A program made the translations under genes and the position numbers. Under the pieces are notes generated by a model. The model was not told the DNA's origin and did not search any database. It saw only the letters and a list, made by a program, of their open reading frames with translations. From assembly GCA_013239625.1 (NCBI GenBank), contig MU053588.1, positions 25,988-89,987 of the forward strand: 64,000 nt of DNA, read 5' to 3'. Source of the stretch: Lama guanicoe. Taxonomy: Eukaryota. Of this stretch, positions 26,560 to 39,149 are shown piece by piece; the stretch's first letter is position 1, and each line of letters begins with the position of its first letter.

Positions 26560-28000
26560 GTAAGGAGGGAAAAAAGATAAAAGCAACGTCTTCTTTCCGG
26601 TTTCATGGTTAGTTGAGCGTGTGGGGAAGGAATGCATGGCTGTGACACTTAACGCCTCCCACTGTCAAAGCAGAGACCCAGGCTGAGGGACACCCCAGGC
26701 AGGCGTATGTGCTTAGGGACAAGAAGCACCCCGCGTTTGTCAGTTTCAAACACTCTGTGAAAACCGTTCTCTCAAGTCAGTTCCCCGGCAAGGGGCAAAG
26801 GACGGGCAGCTCTTGGTAGAGCTGAGCTATGCCCTGTTTCTCTCTAACCCTCCGGAGATCAGAGGGGAGTTCCCCGACAGGGATGATGCACTGAAATCTG
26901 GTGAGCTCAGGGTACGCAGCAAGGTGCAGAGTGACCAGCCTCTCAGAGTTGAGAAGGGAGAGGGAGGAAAAAGAGTTCATTGTTTCGGCTACTTCGGGAT
27001 AGCCTTTGCCCGCTTCCTCCTACATGTGTAGTTTGGGGGCACCAGTTTGTTGTTAGTCAGTTACCAGAGCGCATAATGAAAACAGTGCAATCCCCTCGGC
27101 AGTTCTGTCTCCGCAGCGGGGAGTCAGTCTCGCAGTATAGCTGTCCTCAGGATCCAGGCTTTGCAATTTGGTCACTGTGTTCCTTCTACTCATCTCCCTC
27201 CTTCCCCCAATCCATCTCCTATTCCTTGGTGCCCTCTTTCTCCTGCTTTCAGAGTTAGGCAGACCTAAGGGTTCTCAGCCCTTCACATACAGACAGTATA
27301 TAAACAACCTGGTTGAGTTATCCTAGGGAGGTAGGGATCAGTTCTTACTGAATTCAATTAGGGAGCTTGGAGGAAACAATAATAGTTCTGTATTTTCCTG
27401 CCTCAAGGTATAGCATTTGTGGGAAGGTGCAAAGTTGCAAATTAGCAGGTGGTAACTTATGCTCTGAGATGTGCCTGATCTTTGGGGTGAGGAACTCCTA
27501 AGAGCCCTTAAGAGTGAACGTGAACAGAAAGGAGAGCTGAAACTCCAAAGAGTGCCTGGGAGAGGGTATAGATTGGAATCCTCCTCAAATCCCAGTGGGA
27601 AGAAGGTTTTAGGGGTTGAGCTGCTTCTCTACCTCTTGGGAAACTGGGCAAAAGTGAGAAACGTGTGTGTGCGTGTGCGTGTGCGCGTTTTAATGCCCTT
27701 TTGGCACAAGGACAGGATGATGACTTGGTGAAAGATACCAGCAGGAGCACTGGGTGGCACATGGGAGGAGTCAGAAAACTTGTTTGTCTTGGCATTGTCA
27801 TTTACTGCTGAATGACCTCAAATAAGTTGCTTTATCTTTCTGGGCCTCAGCTACTTATCAAGTAAGGGAGTTAAACTAGATGGTCTCGAAGGAGCCATCC
27901 AGTTATAAAATTCTGCAGCTTTTAATACTGGCAATGCTTGAGAAGGCATAAATGAAAAGCAACCCCATTCCTTCAATTCTGTAGGACCATATTAGATGTT

Positions 28001-28032
28001 TGTGTGTGTGTGGTGTGTGTGTGTGTGTGTGT
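28001..28032. repeat. (TG)n microsatellite
   Basis: Seen directly. Confidence 0.9.
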
Positions 28033-29312
28033 CCTTCTATCTCTTTCACAAGCATCTTGTCTGAAACCAGCATAACTCTTTCCTACTTTAAGGATAATCT
28101 CATTTCCTCCTGATTCCTGCAGGATCCTATTAGTAAGAGCTGAGCCTAGCTTTGAATCTTTGCCATATTGTTCGCTCAGAAGAGGAAAGATCAGCAGATG
28201 CCATTTACTTCCAGAAAATTGCTTTTGGCCTTCACATAAGCCTTTTCAGGGAGTCCCAGGTCCCAGGATTGAAAGATGGATCCTATCTATCTATCTATCT
28301 ATCTCTTACTAACATATATTTTATGTTACGCTCCATGCTAACTGCTTTGCATGCATTATCTTGATCAATCCTCACAACATTGTATGAAATTAGGTTTTAT
28401 TAATTTCCCTATTTTACCAAAAAGGAACCTGAAGAACAGAGAGATTAAGTTTCTTTCCCAAGATCACAAAGCAGCTAAGTAGTAGAGCCAGGATTTGTGC
28501 TCATTTCATACTTTAACCACTATGCTGAACTGTCTAATGAAGGTGTCCTGAGTGCTGCATGTATTATAGCTGCTGTGTAAAAATATATGTATTTTCAAGG
28601 GTCAGACAAGGGGCTGGGGATGAGAACCATTTATTTTCAGAAGTATGTCTCTGAAGGCTTAGAAAGTACAGGTCACCTAAATGAACTCAGGCCTTCTGCT
28701 AGCCAAGATAAAAGGCTGGAAACACAAGGGGTCTGAGGTTGTGAAGGCTCACATACCCCCTACCTAGTTCTTGGACTATGTTCAGAAAATAGTTTGTTTC
28801 TTGCTGAGTCTCTTTAAGTGCCCTCATAGTCATCGATGGTGTTCTTTGACCAAGGCATGAAGCCAGGCCATTTAGTGTCCGGCTCTCTGCAGAATCCGGC
28901 CCCTCCTGGCAGCATGCATGACCAGCAGAGTAAGCGCTCTCCTGTGAGTGCTTCTGCCCATGTCCTGTGCCCCTCAGGTGCAGTATTGAGGATTCACACA
29001 GATGTTAATTATAGGAACTGGAAGAAATCCTAGGTCAGATGGTTCCTCCTGTTTCACAGATAAAGGAGCAGATCAGAAAGGTGGAGTGACTTGCCCAAAA
29101 ATCACATATCAAGTTTTTAACAACAGAAATAGGATCCAGGCCTTCTGCGTCTGGTTCACACTATGCTTGCCATAAATATATGCTTAAAGCACATTTCTGT
29201 GGCTCTCTGGGCCTATGCACACAACTTATGTTGGGGGCATAGTTTACTCTCTATCATCTTTTAGGACCAAAAAGAAAAAAAAGCCCATATAACACAGCTG
29301 TTGATTTTTTTT

Positions 29313-30267
29313 TAATTGAAATATAGTCAGTTTACAATGTTGTATCAATTTCTGGTATACAACATAATAATTCAGTCATACATATACATACATATATTCA
29401 TTTTCATATTTTTTATTATAGGTTATTACAAGATACTAAATATCATTCCCTGTGCTGTACAGTAGAAACTTGTTTATCTACTTTATGTATAGTAGTTGTA
29501 TCTGCAAATCTCACACTCCCAATTTACCCCTTCCTAAGCTCTTCCCCAACTGGTAACCATCAGTTTGTTTTCTATGTCTGTGAGTCTGTTTCTGTTTTGT
29601 AAATAAGTTTGTCTTTTTTTTTTTTTTTCAGATTCCACATACGTGATATCGTATGGTATTTTTCTTTCTCTTTCTGGCTTATTTCACTTACCATGACACT
29701 CTTAGGTTCATCCATGTTGTTGCAAATGGCATTATTTTATTATTTTTTATGACTGAATTGTGTTCCATTGTATAAATATACCACAACTTCTTTATCCAGT
29801 CATCTGACAATGGACATTTAGGTTGTTTCCATCTTGGCTATTGTAAATAGTGCTGCTATGAATATTGGGGTGCAGGTATCTTTTCAAATTAAAGTTCCTT
29901 CTGGATATATGCCTAGGAGTGGGATTGCTGGATCATATGGAAAGTCTGTTTTCAGTTTTTTTAAGGAATCTCCATACTGTTTTCCATAACAACTGCACCA
30001 AACTACATTCCTATCAATAGTGTAGGAGGAACCTCCTCTAGCATTTATCATTAGTGGACTTTTTAATGATGGCCTTTCTGACTGATGTGAAGTGATACCT
30101 CATTGTAGTTCTGATTTGCATTTCTCTGATAATTAGCGATATTGAACATTTTTTCATGTGCCTACTAGCCATTTGTATGTCTTCTTTGGAGAACTGCTTG
30201 CTTAGGTCTTCTGCCCATTTTTGGATTGGATGGTTAGTCATTTTATTAAGTTGTATGAGCTGTTTAT
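29313..30267 (-). mobile_element. 5'-truncated L1 (3' UTR plus ORF2 C-terminus) with target-site duplication
   Basis: Minus-strand ORF2 peptide [11 protein letters not shown]...[23 protein letters not shown]; poly-T at left; TSD acagctg(t/c)tgattttt on both sides. Confidence 0.9.
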
Positions 30268-31449
30268 ACAGCTGCTGATTTTTTAAAAAATATTATATTG
30301 TTTACTTCAGACATTTAAGAAAAAATATTTCAATGTGTCTTTTCTGTCTCTTCAAACTCAAAAGGGAAAGGTTTTTTATATTGTTGATGTTTTATCATCT
30401 AAGATATGTATTCTAAAATTTTATAATGTAAGTGAATAGTATATGACAGGTATGGTAACAGGGTAAACCACAAATGAATTTTTGGGAAGCCATGGGAGCT
30501 CTTAGTCATGATTTTAAATACATTTTGAATCTACAGAATGTTATTTGCAAAAATAAGGCTTTTAAAAATCAGTATCAAAAAATCTATTGGTAATGATTTC
30601 CTCATGGAAGAAGAGAAGAAACTTTGTAGTTAAGATTTTCATTTAATTTCAGTTAATATTTCAGCTACAGTTTCCTCAGGTCTAGCATACAAGATTCAAG
30701 CATTTAAATTACATTTTATTTTTAGAGAGTATAAATCCGATACATGAAATTCAAAAGTAATGTGGAGAACATGCTCAATTATCGTCTTATATTAATGCTT
30801 ATCACTGTAAAACACCTCTCAGAATAAATTTTATTCCCCTGTTTCAGAATGATACAAGTTTCTTAAATTCTAAGGCCTGGCATAAAACTCCCATGGGAAG
30901 AGAAATTTACTGCTCATTTCTTTTTCTTCCCCCCTAGAAGTGGCGTCAGTTGCTTTACCTAAATGGCTCATGAGTCTTTTGTTATAGACTTAACAGTGTA
31001 ACTATTTTAGGCCTCATCTTCCATTCCAGCAAATAAAAAAGTGAGAGTAATAATTTAAGGTATACCCTAAATTACTTTTATTTATCACATTAGGTTTGTG
31101 ATGTCTTCGTAGAGTTTTCTTTAAAGTTAAGTCCTTTAGTTTTGCATATTAATTTTTCTGTGTGGAACTTTAAGTACTATGGAATTGGATCTCATTTTGC
31201 AAAACCATAGATACCTTCCTGGTGGTGGCTGGAAATGTTCAGCGCCTAGGATGAATGCAAGTGTTTGTTGAATTTAAATTAAGGTAAAGGGAACTTTGAG
31301 ACCTAATTCTTACTTTATGAGCAGTAAGGAATTTTGGAATTCATTTGATGTCTTTCGTCTTCTCATTGCACAGTGGAGAAACAGACCCAAAGGGCTAAAG
31401 GAATTTGCTAGGGTGACGTAGCTCTTTGGGGTGTGTTAGAATTAAGACG

Positions 31450-31990
31450 TTTATAGAACATCCATCCAGAACACATTCTCCTCAAGCACACATGGAACAT
31501 AATGCAGGATAGATCACATGTTAAACCACAAAACAAGCCTTAATAAATTTAAGACTGAAATCATATCAAGCAAGCCAGAATGGTATGAAACTAGAAATCA
31601 ATTACCAGAAGAAATTAATTTCTAGAAGAAAACAGGAAAATTTATGAATATGTGGAGGTTAAATAACATGCTCCTGAACAACCAATCGGTCAACGAAGAA
31701 ACTGAAAGAGACATTTTCAAGCATCTAGAGATAGGTGAAAATGGAGGTATAACATACCCACGCTTACGGGACACAACAAATGAAGTTCTGACAGGGAAGT
31801 GAATAGTGACAAAGTCTTACATTAAGAAACAATAAAAATCTTAAACAATCTAAGGTTATAGTTCAAGGAACTAGAAAAAGAACAAATTAAGCCTAAAGTC
31901 AGTAAAGGAAGGAAATAATGAGATTGGAGCAGAAATACACAAAATAGACACTAAAAAGGCAATGGAAGAGATGAAACTAAGGGTTGGTTA
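31450..31990 (+). mobile_element. Internal L1 ORF2 fragment (end of endonuclease region), degenerate
   Basis: ttctcctcaagcacacatggaacat...gatagatcacatgtta...aaggaactagaaaaagaacaaattaagcctaaagtcagta. Confidence 0.8.
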
Positions 31991-32514
31991 TTTCTCCAAA
32001 GTTTAAAGGAGAGTACTGCAGGAGCAGTTGGGCAATACTTACTAGTCTTTGTATAACCTAAGCTCACTGATTAATGCTTACTGCAGCACTGTTTATACTA
32101 CCAAAATATTAGAAATAACTTAAGTGTTCATTAATAGAAGAATAGATGAAATGTGGTATATTCATACAGTGGAATACTATGTAGTTGTTAAAAGGAATGA
32201 ACTAAAGCTGCATGTACTAACATAGATAAATCACAGTTTTGTGCAAAAAACCCCCTAAGCCAAGTTACAGAAAGATTACACACACACAAACACACACAGG
32301 ATACCACCATATACAGTTGTTTTATCAACATGGAATATTATATTCTATAGAACTGATAGGTATATAAAAAAGTAATGAAAGTATAAAATTACACACAGGA
32401 GTAATGATCACCACCTTTAGGATGGGAGAATTCTTTTAGAATTCTCTGAAGACAAGGGAAGGAAATCAGACTGGAGAGGTCTAAGATTTAGTATCTTATG
32501 TTGACTGGTGGGTA

Positions 32515-32630
32515 CATGAATGTATTTTATTATCCAAGTCCTTTGTATTTAAGAACTATTTCAAAAAATGATCATGAATGTATTTTATTATCCACGTCCT
32601 TTGTATTTAAGAACTGTTTCAAAAAATGAT
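32515..32630. repeat. 58-bp tandem duplication (2 copies, 2 mismatches)
   Basis: catgaatgtattttattatcc...tcaaaaaatgat x2. Confidence 0.9.
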
Positions 32631-35141
32631 CCCAAATTTTCACTAAAGAATTTTCAGCTTTAATAAGGAAGAAAATTGAAGGGGATGTGAGGTGCTCTGC
32701 AAAACTACTCTAAGTGCTAGAAGTACTTTCTGTGATGGCATCATCATCACTATAAAACAGTCTACTGCGTTTTTCATCATCAGGAGTTTACATTATACTG
32801 AATCACATCAAGCAGCAAAATCCAAATGTTAATAAGAAAAATAACTCATAATTCAACAAATAAAAACCATGCCCAAGTTTATTTTCAAATGGTGATGCTT
32901 GAATGTATAATATACCCTAATATGTACTAAGATTTATTTTAAAATGCAGGTAATAAAAAGTAGTTTTTAAAAAGAAAGTCACAGTAATTTAAGTAACTTT
33001 CACTAAAACTTAAAAGTACTCTGTACTCATTCAAGCAATCGATAATTATGTTTAAGACAGTCTCCTGCCTATTAGAAAGAGGCTAGTTTCAAAGAAAAAA
33101 AAAGAAACACGTTTAAAAAAACTAATAAGACATTTTTACATGACAATATCAACAATAAAAGGGCAAGAAAAATGTGCTAAGTAGAAATATACTTGGGTGT
33201 TAATAACATACTAAAGATGCAGATGAAATTAAAGAGTGCAAAGAGAACAGGAGAAAGCTATTGGTAATGGTGTGCATGAAAAAAGGTGAAGGTAATACAT
33301 TAAAAATAATGTATCTTTGATAAGAAAAATAAGAAGATAAAGTGAGAAAGGGCCCCTAAATGGAACACATTATGCGGAAGAAAAAGCTAAGAAGTGAGAT
33401 GAAGTGGTTTCAAGAGTTATAGAAGAGAAGTGATGTAAAAGAAATCGAGACAGGAAGGGTAGAATCAGATTATTCAGATGGCTTTAAAATTAGGGAAAGA
33501 GACAACTATAGGAATCTGAATATAAACTGAGAAAGGGCTGAGAATGATAAAAGAAAAGAAAATAGAAAGGATAAATATAAGAAACACGGCAAAGTTTCTT
33601 ATGGGGAGGTAACTATAAATTAATGAGAGGAAGGTGTCAGGAATTAATCAACAACTTTGACTCACTGTATTAAAATGGAGACATTTCAGCTTTTGAATGA
33701 TCCCTCCATGTAAAGAATTGAAGAAGCAAGACAAGGGTGAACAAGGCGATGGAAGAAACACCACACAGACGAGAGCCCTACAAGAGTCTAACTGCAAGTG
33801 CCATGTGCTATGCTGGTGGGCTTACATCAGAGGCCAAAGGTTCTTTGCAGTAATTTTGATATTCTTGTAGAAATGGTTTATTTAAAGAACATTTCCTGCA
33901 AATGGCATCAGTAATAATGTACCTCTTTCTGGATCCACACAGAGTCTTCTAAAGTTCCAGCAATTTCAAAAACTACCACTTAGTAATGCTATAAATATAC
34001 GTGGATCAGCCAGAACCAACTTTTACCTATTCACCAAAGATAAATGTCCTTTTCACACTTGGAGCTAACTGTCAGCTTTGAAAACATTCCAACAGCTATG
34101 CTGCAATGTTGTTCTTTCCTTCTCTCTAACAAATTTTAGTTTTGGAATGTTATTTTACTGCAGAAAGATATATGAAACTAACCTATAACCATAAATATTA
34201 GCTTCCCAACTTATCTTCCCCCTGCAAATTAAAAAAAAAAATTTAGTGCTCCCACATCTGCTGAACATCTATGACGTGCCATCTTGGTGTGACCACTCGT
34301 ACACTGCCCTGGACTATATATGCACATACACGTATGCTATTACAATATAAACCTAGAGGAATACATGGTTCTTTTTTTAAAGGCAATTTATTCACTCAGA
34401 ATTCCTTGCATCAGTACTCCACCTCCTCCGCACTCCCACCCCTCAAAAAACACTCAAAGTTTTAAGAGGCTTCCATTTAGAAAAAATAATTAATTTTGTG
34501 TACCTCTTTGCAAAGAAAAATTATAGACCCAAATAGGCATTAGTAGTCCCAAGGACAAACCTCTCTCAATCACACTGCACAGTTTAAGACAAGCGAAAAA
34601 AACAAAAAAAACCTGCCTGTAAGAAATAAAAACAAAAATAGAAGATATTCCAGATTTGTTGTCCAGGTTGACTGTGAACCAGGAAAATAAAATAAATGAC
34701 AAGAGAACACTGGGGAGGGGCTGGCCTGCATATCCATTTGCTTTTCAATTAAAACATAATCCTCCCCAAATTGTGAATGCTCAATTTCATATTACTTAAA
34801 AATCCTGTATTAAATTACACTTATAATATTTTATTCCTCCCCTAACCAGGGTCTCTTATAAAGTTGGGAAAGGTTACAGGGTTTATTCCAGTGTCCGATT
34901 TCTCCAACAATGGAGCTCTAACAGTATCACCCTGGGGGGCCGCCGAGAGCGAGCCGGACTGCAGGAAGCACTCCACTGACCACAGCCCCCGTTGCTCCTC
35001 CTGCCTGCCCTTCTCTTCTACTTGAGGACCTCACATTCCTCACAAAAGAGAATCTTATGTCGCTATGCCTTATGTCCAGTCTGTTCTCTGGGTTTACCCC
35101 TTGGTTGTTTTCATTCAAATTCAGAAGTACCTGTAGCGTAC

Positions 35142-35289
35142 CTCGGTGTTTGTGTAATACGTGTTCCACGATGACCGCAGGGACTCCTGACCACCAATAT
35201 CCCACGTGAGAAAATGAGTGTTCTTCATGACTGTTTCTTCAACATTGCTTCCTGTGGTTGGAGACGTATGAACCACTTCATTCATTAAG
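35142..35289 (-). pseudogene. ARL5B: Orphan ARL5B internal exon ([49 protein letters not shown])
   Basis: 148 nt with ttttaacag| and |gtacgc. Arf-family switch I/G3 motif WDIGGQ. LMNE and KNTHFL favour ARL5B over ARL5A. No other ARL5 exons found. Confidence 0.85.
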
Positions 35290-35677
35290 CTGTTAAAAGA
35301 CAGACACCATAAAAGCTCTTGTCAATCCCGAGAACCTGAAGCACATTTTCCCTGTACTTTTATATGAATCAACCTTCCTTACTTGCATCAGTGATGGTAA
35401 TCACTAGCAACAGAAATGGAACCCCGGAGAACATTTGTGCAAATACCTAGACAGAACAAATCCTGAAGGAAGGCTGGTTTTTTTGTACTTTTAATGGAGT
35501 AAACTACAGGCTTGATCTGGATAGAAGGCAACTGTGAGGTGAAGTTGCATTTCTGTGGCCAAAATTCCAGTAGCCCCCATGCCCTGTTACCAGCTAGAGC
35601 AGAACCAATGCCCCATCCTGAAAGAGCAGGTTTCCAGGTGACTGTCATCAACTTGCAAAGTAGTCCCCATTGCACAG

Positions 35678-36275
35678 GTTGATTTCAGACGTGACCCTGA
35701 CCTCATAGAGCCTAATTACAGCTTTGAGGATGCAGTTGACTCCCCTTTCTTATATTCTGCCTGGATGGAACCAGAGGTTCCCAAGACCAAAGTCAGGCAA
35801 AGGAGAAGCTTGAGGAAGAAGCCTTCCCAGGACTGGCAACCTCTGGATCTATATATAAACATCTCCTTGGACACCTGGTACAGGAACACATTAGTTTCCT
35901 GCATTTTGTGGAAAGTGCAGCACAGCTGCCGGCCCCTGCGTCTGTTTTGTGGGAAGCTGCACATCAGGAACATGGTGTTAGCCAGACTGTGGAGATCCTG
36001 GACTTGGTGCAACTGGAATTTATTCAAGAGCTGGACATGTCTGATTGCTTTGGGTTGTTCTCAGGTGAAAGCCAGTTTGCCAGACAAGTAGAACAAATGA
36101 AAAACCTGCACAATCTCACGCTGCCTCAGCCCATCTTTGGGACTACAGCTGTTCACAGGCTGCCGTCCTCCGATGCTTTCAACTCTTTCCTCTCCCGCCT
36201 GAGCTCGCTGGGGCGCCTCCAGATGCTCTGCCTGTCCTCTCCCCACCTCTCAGACCACCTGCACCGCCTTCTCAG
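35678..36275 (+). pseudogene. PRAME/LRRC14-family LRR gene, middle exon, 5'-truncated, 1-nt frameshift at about 35975
   Basis: PLDLYINISL...PLRLFCGKLHIRNM/VSQTVEILDLVQLEFIQELDM...LEQLLR-like LHRLLR|gtgag matches the PRAME family pattern across two frames. The 5' boundary is uncertain. Confidence 0.75.
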
Positions 36276-36937
36276 GTGAGCACAGGGGGCCCTTCTCCCT
36301 ATTCCTTAATGATGGTCTCCACGTCAGGATAGGGCAGGGGACTGAGCCAGGACACACTGGATGCACGTCCCAGCCAGTTGAAGAGTCTAAGGCCCCTTAA
36401 TGAGTGGTAACTCCCAGAGAGGGCAAGTTATAGCCGGGGGGATAAAAAAAAACTCACACATACAACAGGAAACATCCACTAGGCCCTGTACTCCAGCAAG
36501 TCTATTCTATTACACCTATTTTACAGATGGGGGCAACCAGGACCCAGAGAGGTTAAGGAACTTTTCTAAGGTCACACAGCCAGTAAGAGACACAGCCAAG
36601 ATGTGAACCCAGGAAGTTTGTTCCTTTTACCACTTGCTAGACCACCTCTCAGGGAAAATTACCTTCATTCACTGATTCAGCAGATAATTCTTGGGAACCC
36701 ACTGTGTGCCCAATGGAGCTTGTGAATCTTTATAAGGGAAGAGAAGCAGTAAAGGTAAAACGTAGTGGTCATAGTTGACACCCCTGTCCCCCTGCTCCCA
36801 GTGACAACTGCCCTGAAGAATATCTCCAGGGAACTCTTGGAAATCTAACGTCTTGGGTCTGATGACTGGTGGAAGGGAAGCTAGAGATGACAGCAGCCCC
36901 CAAACTTCTACGCATTGGTCATGGCTACTATTTTAGT

Positions 36938-37130
36938 AGAGTTGACCCTGAACACCTGGGTGGGGTAGGGATGCAGTTGAAATTCCGAGGGTAATTTTCC
37001 AGTAGGCTCTCCACAAATAAGGAGTCAAGCAACTGTGGTTCATGTAGTCCTGCAGTAGTATTTACTGAAAAAAATCCACATATAAATGGACCATGCAGCT
37101 CAGAGCTGTGATATTCAAGGGCCAACTATA
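36938..37130. mobile_element. Tigger-derived MITE (MER8/Tigger1-like)
   Basis: Terminal inverted repeats agttgaccctgaaca / tattcaagggccaact flanked by TA. Confidence 0.65.
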
Positions 37131-37467
37131 TTTACTGTTTATTTTATGTGCTTAGCCTTCTAAAAATGATTACCTCTACATCCCGAAAAGACTTAAATGT
37201 TAAGTAATAAGATATTCATCTTACAGACTTGAATACTGAGGCCTGGAAAGGTTGAGTCAGCGACCAGTGTCACACATTCGGGGGTGGGGCTGGTCCCGGA
37301 ACACAGTCACCTGATCACAGAGCAGGTCTTTACATACTGGACCTGGGCCCCGTCTAGGGCCTGGGCTAACCCGGGTCTGTGGGGCTAGGAGGTCTGGTGG
37401 CTCCTGAGAAGGTTCTTGCCCCAGCCCTGCTCTCTGGGAGTGACCCCATGCCGCCGTCTCTCCTCAG

Positions 37468-37996
37468 ATACCTGCCTGATGCCCTGGTGACCTTGGAGCT
37501 CCCCGCCTGTGCTCTTCTTATTCATGATATCTGCTGGCTGTCCCAGAGCCCTCAGGCCTCACATCTGAAAAAATTAGATTTGAGCAAAAATGACCTTTCC
37601 CAGATGGTTCCAGGAGTGCTGAAGGCTCTTCTTAGGGAGGCCTCGGGCTCTCTGCAGGAACTGGTCCTGGACTACTGCAGCCTGAGGGATCCGCACCTCG
37701 TGGGCCTCCTGCCCGCCCTGAGATGCTGCTTCCTCCTCCACAGCCTCAGCCTCTCTGGCAACCGCATCGCCACGTCCAGCCTGGAGAACCTGCTACAGCT
37801 CGTGGCCGAGCTGTCAGGGCTGAAGCTTGTGGTCTGCCCCTACCCTGTCGAGTGCTATGACTACCCAAAGAGCAGGGAGCTGGGTCATATTCAAGAATGG
37901 CGGTCTAGCTCCTTCAAAGCCATGGTTCAGGACATGCTCAGGGCCTTGGGGCAGGACAGTCTGGAGTGGACCTTTACCTCAGAAACCTCTTTCTGA
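37468..37996 (+). CDS. PRAME/LRRC14-family LRR last coding exon, intact (YLPDALVTLEL...LKKLDLSKNDL...LQELVLDYCSL...YPVECY...SETSF*)
   Basis: Acceptor gtctctcctcag|A, phase 2; LxxLxLxxN/CxL repeats; PRAME C-terminal P.ECY motif; TGA 37994-37996. Confidence 0.8.
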
Positions 37997-39149
37997 TGCC
38001 GGGGCTGCCAACCACTCTCAGTGATCTAGTGTCTTTCAGATCATCCTGCTCCCCCAGCTCGAATCTCGCAATCCATTAGCTCACTTCACTCAATAGTTGT
38101 TATATAGAGGGTGAGTGCCAAGCACTGTTCTAGCAGCTGCAGATAAAAGGACAATAAGATCTATTTTTCTCAGGGAACTACTGGTCTACTTGGTCCTTCT
38201 GCTCTACAAACCCATTTCCCATCTTTGTCTGCAGAAACCACTACTCTCCCTGGCGGTATGAAACTGGACAAACTATTAGGCTCTTGATTTGTGAATTTAT
38301 CCATATGTAAAATGGGGGTGAGTGTCTGTTGTCAGTGGGAAGATCAAGGGTGAGGATCTGTAAAGTGCTGAACGGCAGACACGTGTGTATCACTGAGCCA
38401 CAGGTGTGTATGGGGCTCTGTTCCACACTGGAGGTCCAGCGATGGACAAGATACACATGGTCTCCCACAGGCCTTCCAGCCATCTAGAGAAGTCTAATAA
38501 TAATCAAGCTGAAAAATAAACAAGGTAGTTCAGGCAGCCTTAGGTGTTCTGTAAACCTCAGAACTGTTAGAGCCGGGTAGGGGCTTCAGGGACTCTAGTA
38601 AGACAGTTGGGGAGGGTTCTTGATGGGAAGATAAGCAGGGGACACTCCTGGTGAAAGGCAGTGGAAAGGAGCAGCAGCAAAGGCAATGATCCAGAGGCAG
38701 GAAGTGGCTGGGGTGTTCAAGGAAAAGGAGGAAGTTCACCGTGGCTGTGGTGTGGTGAATGATGGAGTCTGGTACTTCAGGTCCAGCAGGACCATGAAGC
38801 CAGCCCTTTTAACAATAAATCAGCTGATGTCCACTCACTCCCTGGACGCTGAATGCTCAGGGCATCTTAAACGGGGATTTCCCACCCAGAGTTCATGGCT
38901 TTTCCAGTAACTCACAACATGGCCTTGTGCACCTCACTTAATTCAAGAAATACTGCCTGAGTTCCGACTGAGTGCTGGACACTCTCCTACAAGTGGGGCA
39001 CCCAGCAGCGAACAGGACGGACAGGTCCCAACAGCTTATGTTCCAGTTGAGACATAGTCAACAATGTCAAACTCTCAAACACTAGTAAGTGCGCTAATGA
39101 AAAGACAGATATAAAGGGATGGAGGGAGGTAGGGTGAGGGGTGCAGGGG

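Noticed and set aside
25618..26612. Alternative-frame and antisense ORFs over GPR158 exon 1
   Set aside because: Expected shadows of a GC-rich coding exon.
30038..30241. 67-aa ORF
   Set aside because: C-terminal fragment of L1 ORF2, not a host gene.
37379..37467. N-terminal extension of the 205-aa LRR ORF as a stand-alone gene
   Set aside because: Lies upstream of a clear splice acceptor at 37467; intronic read-through.
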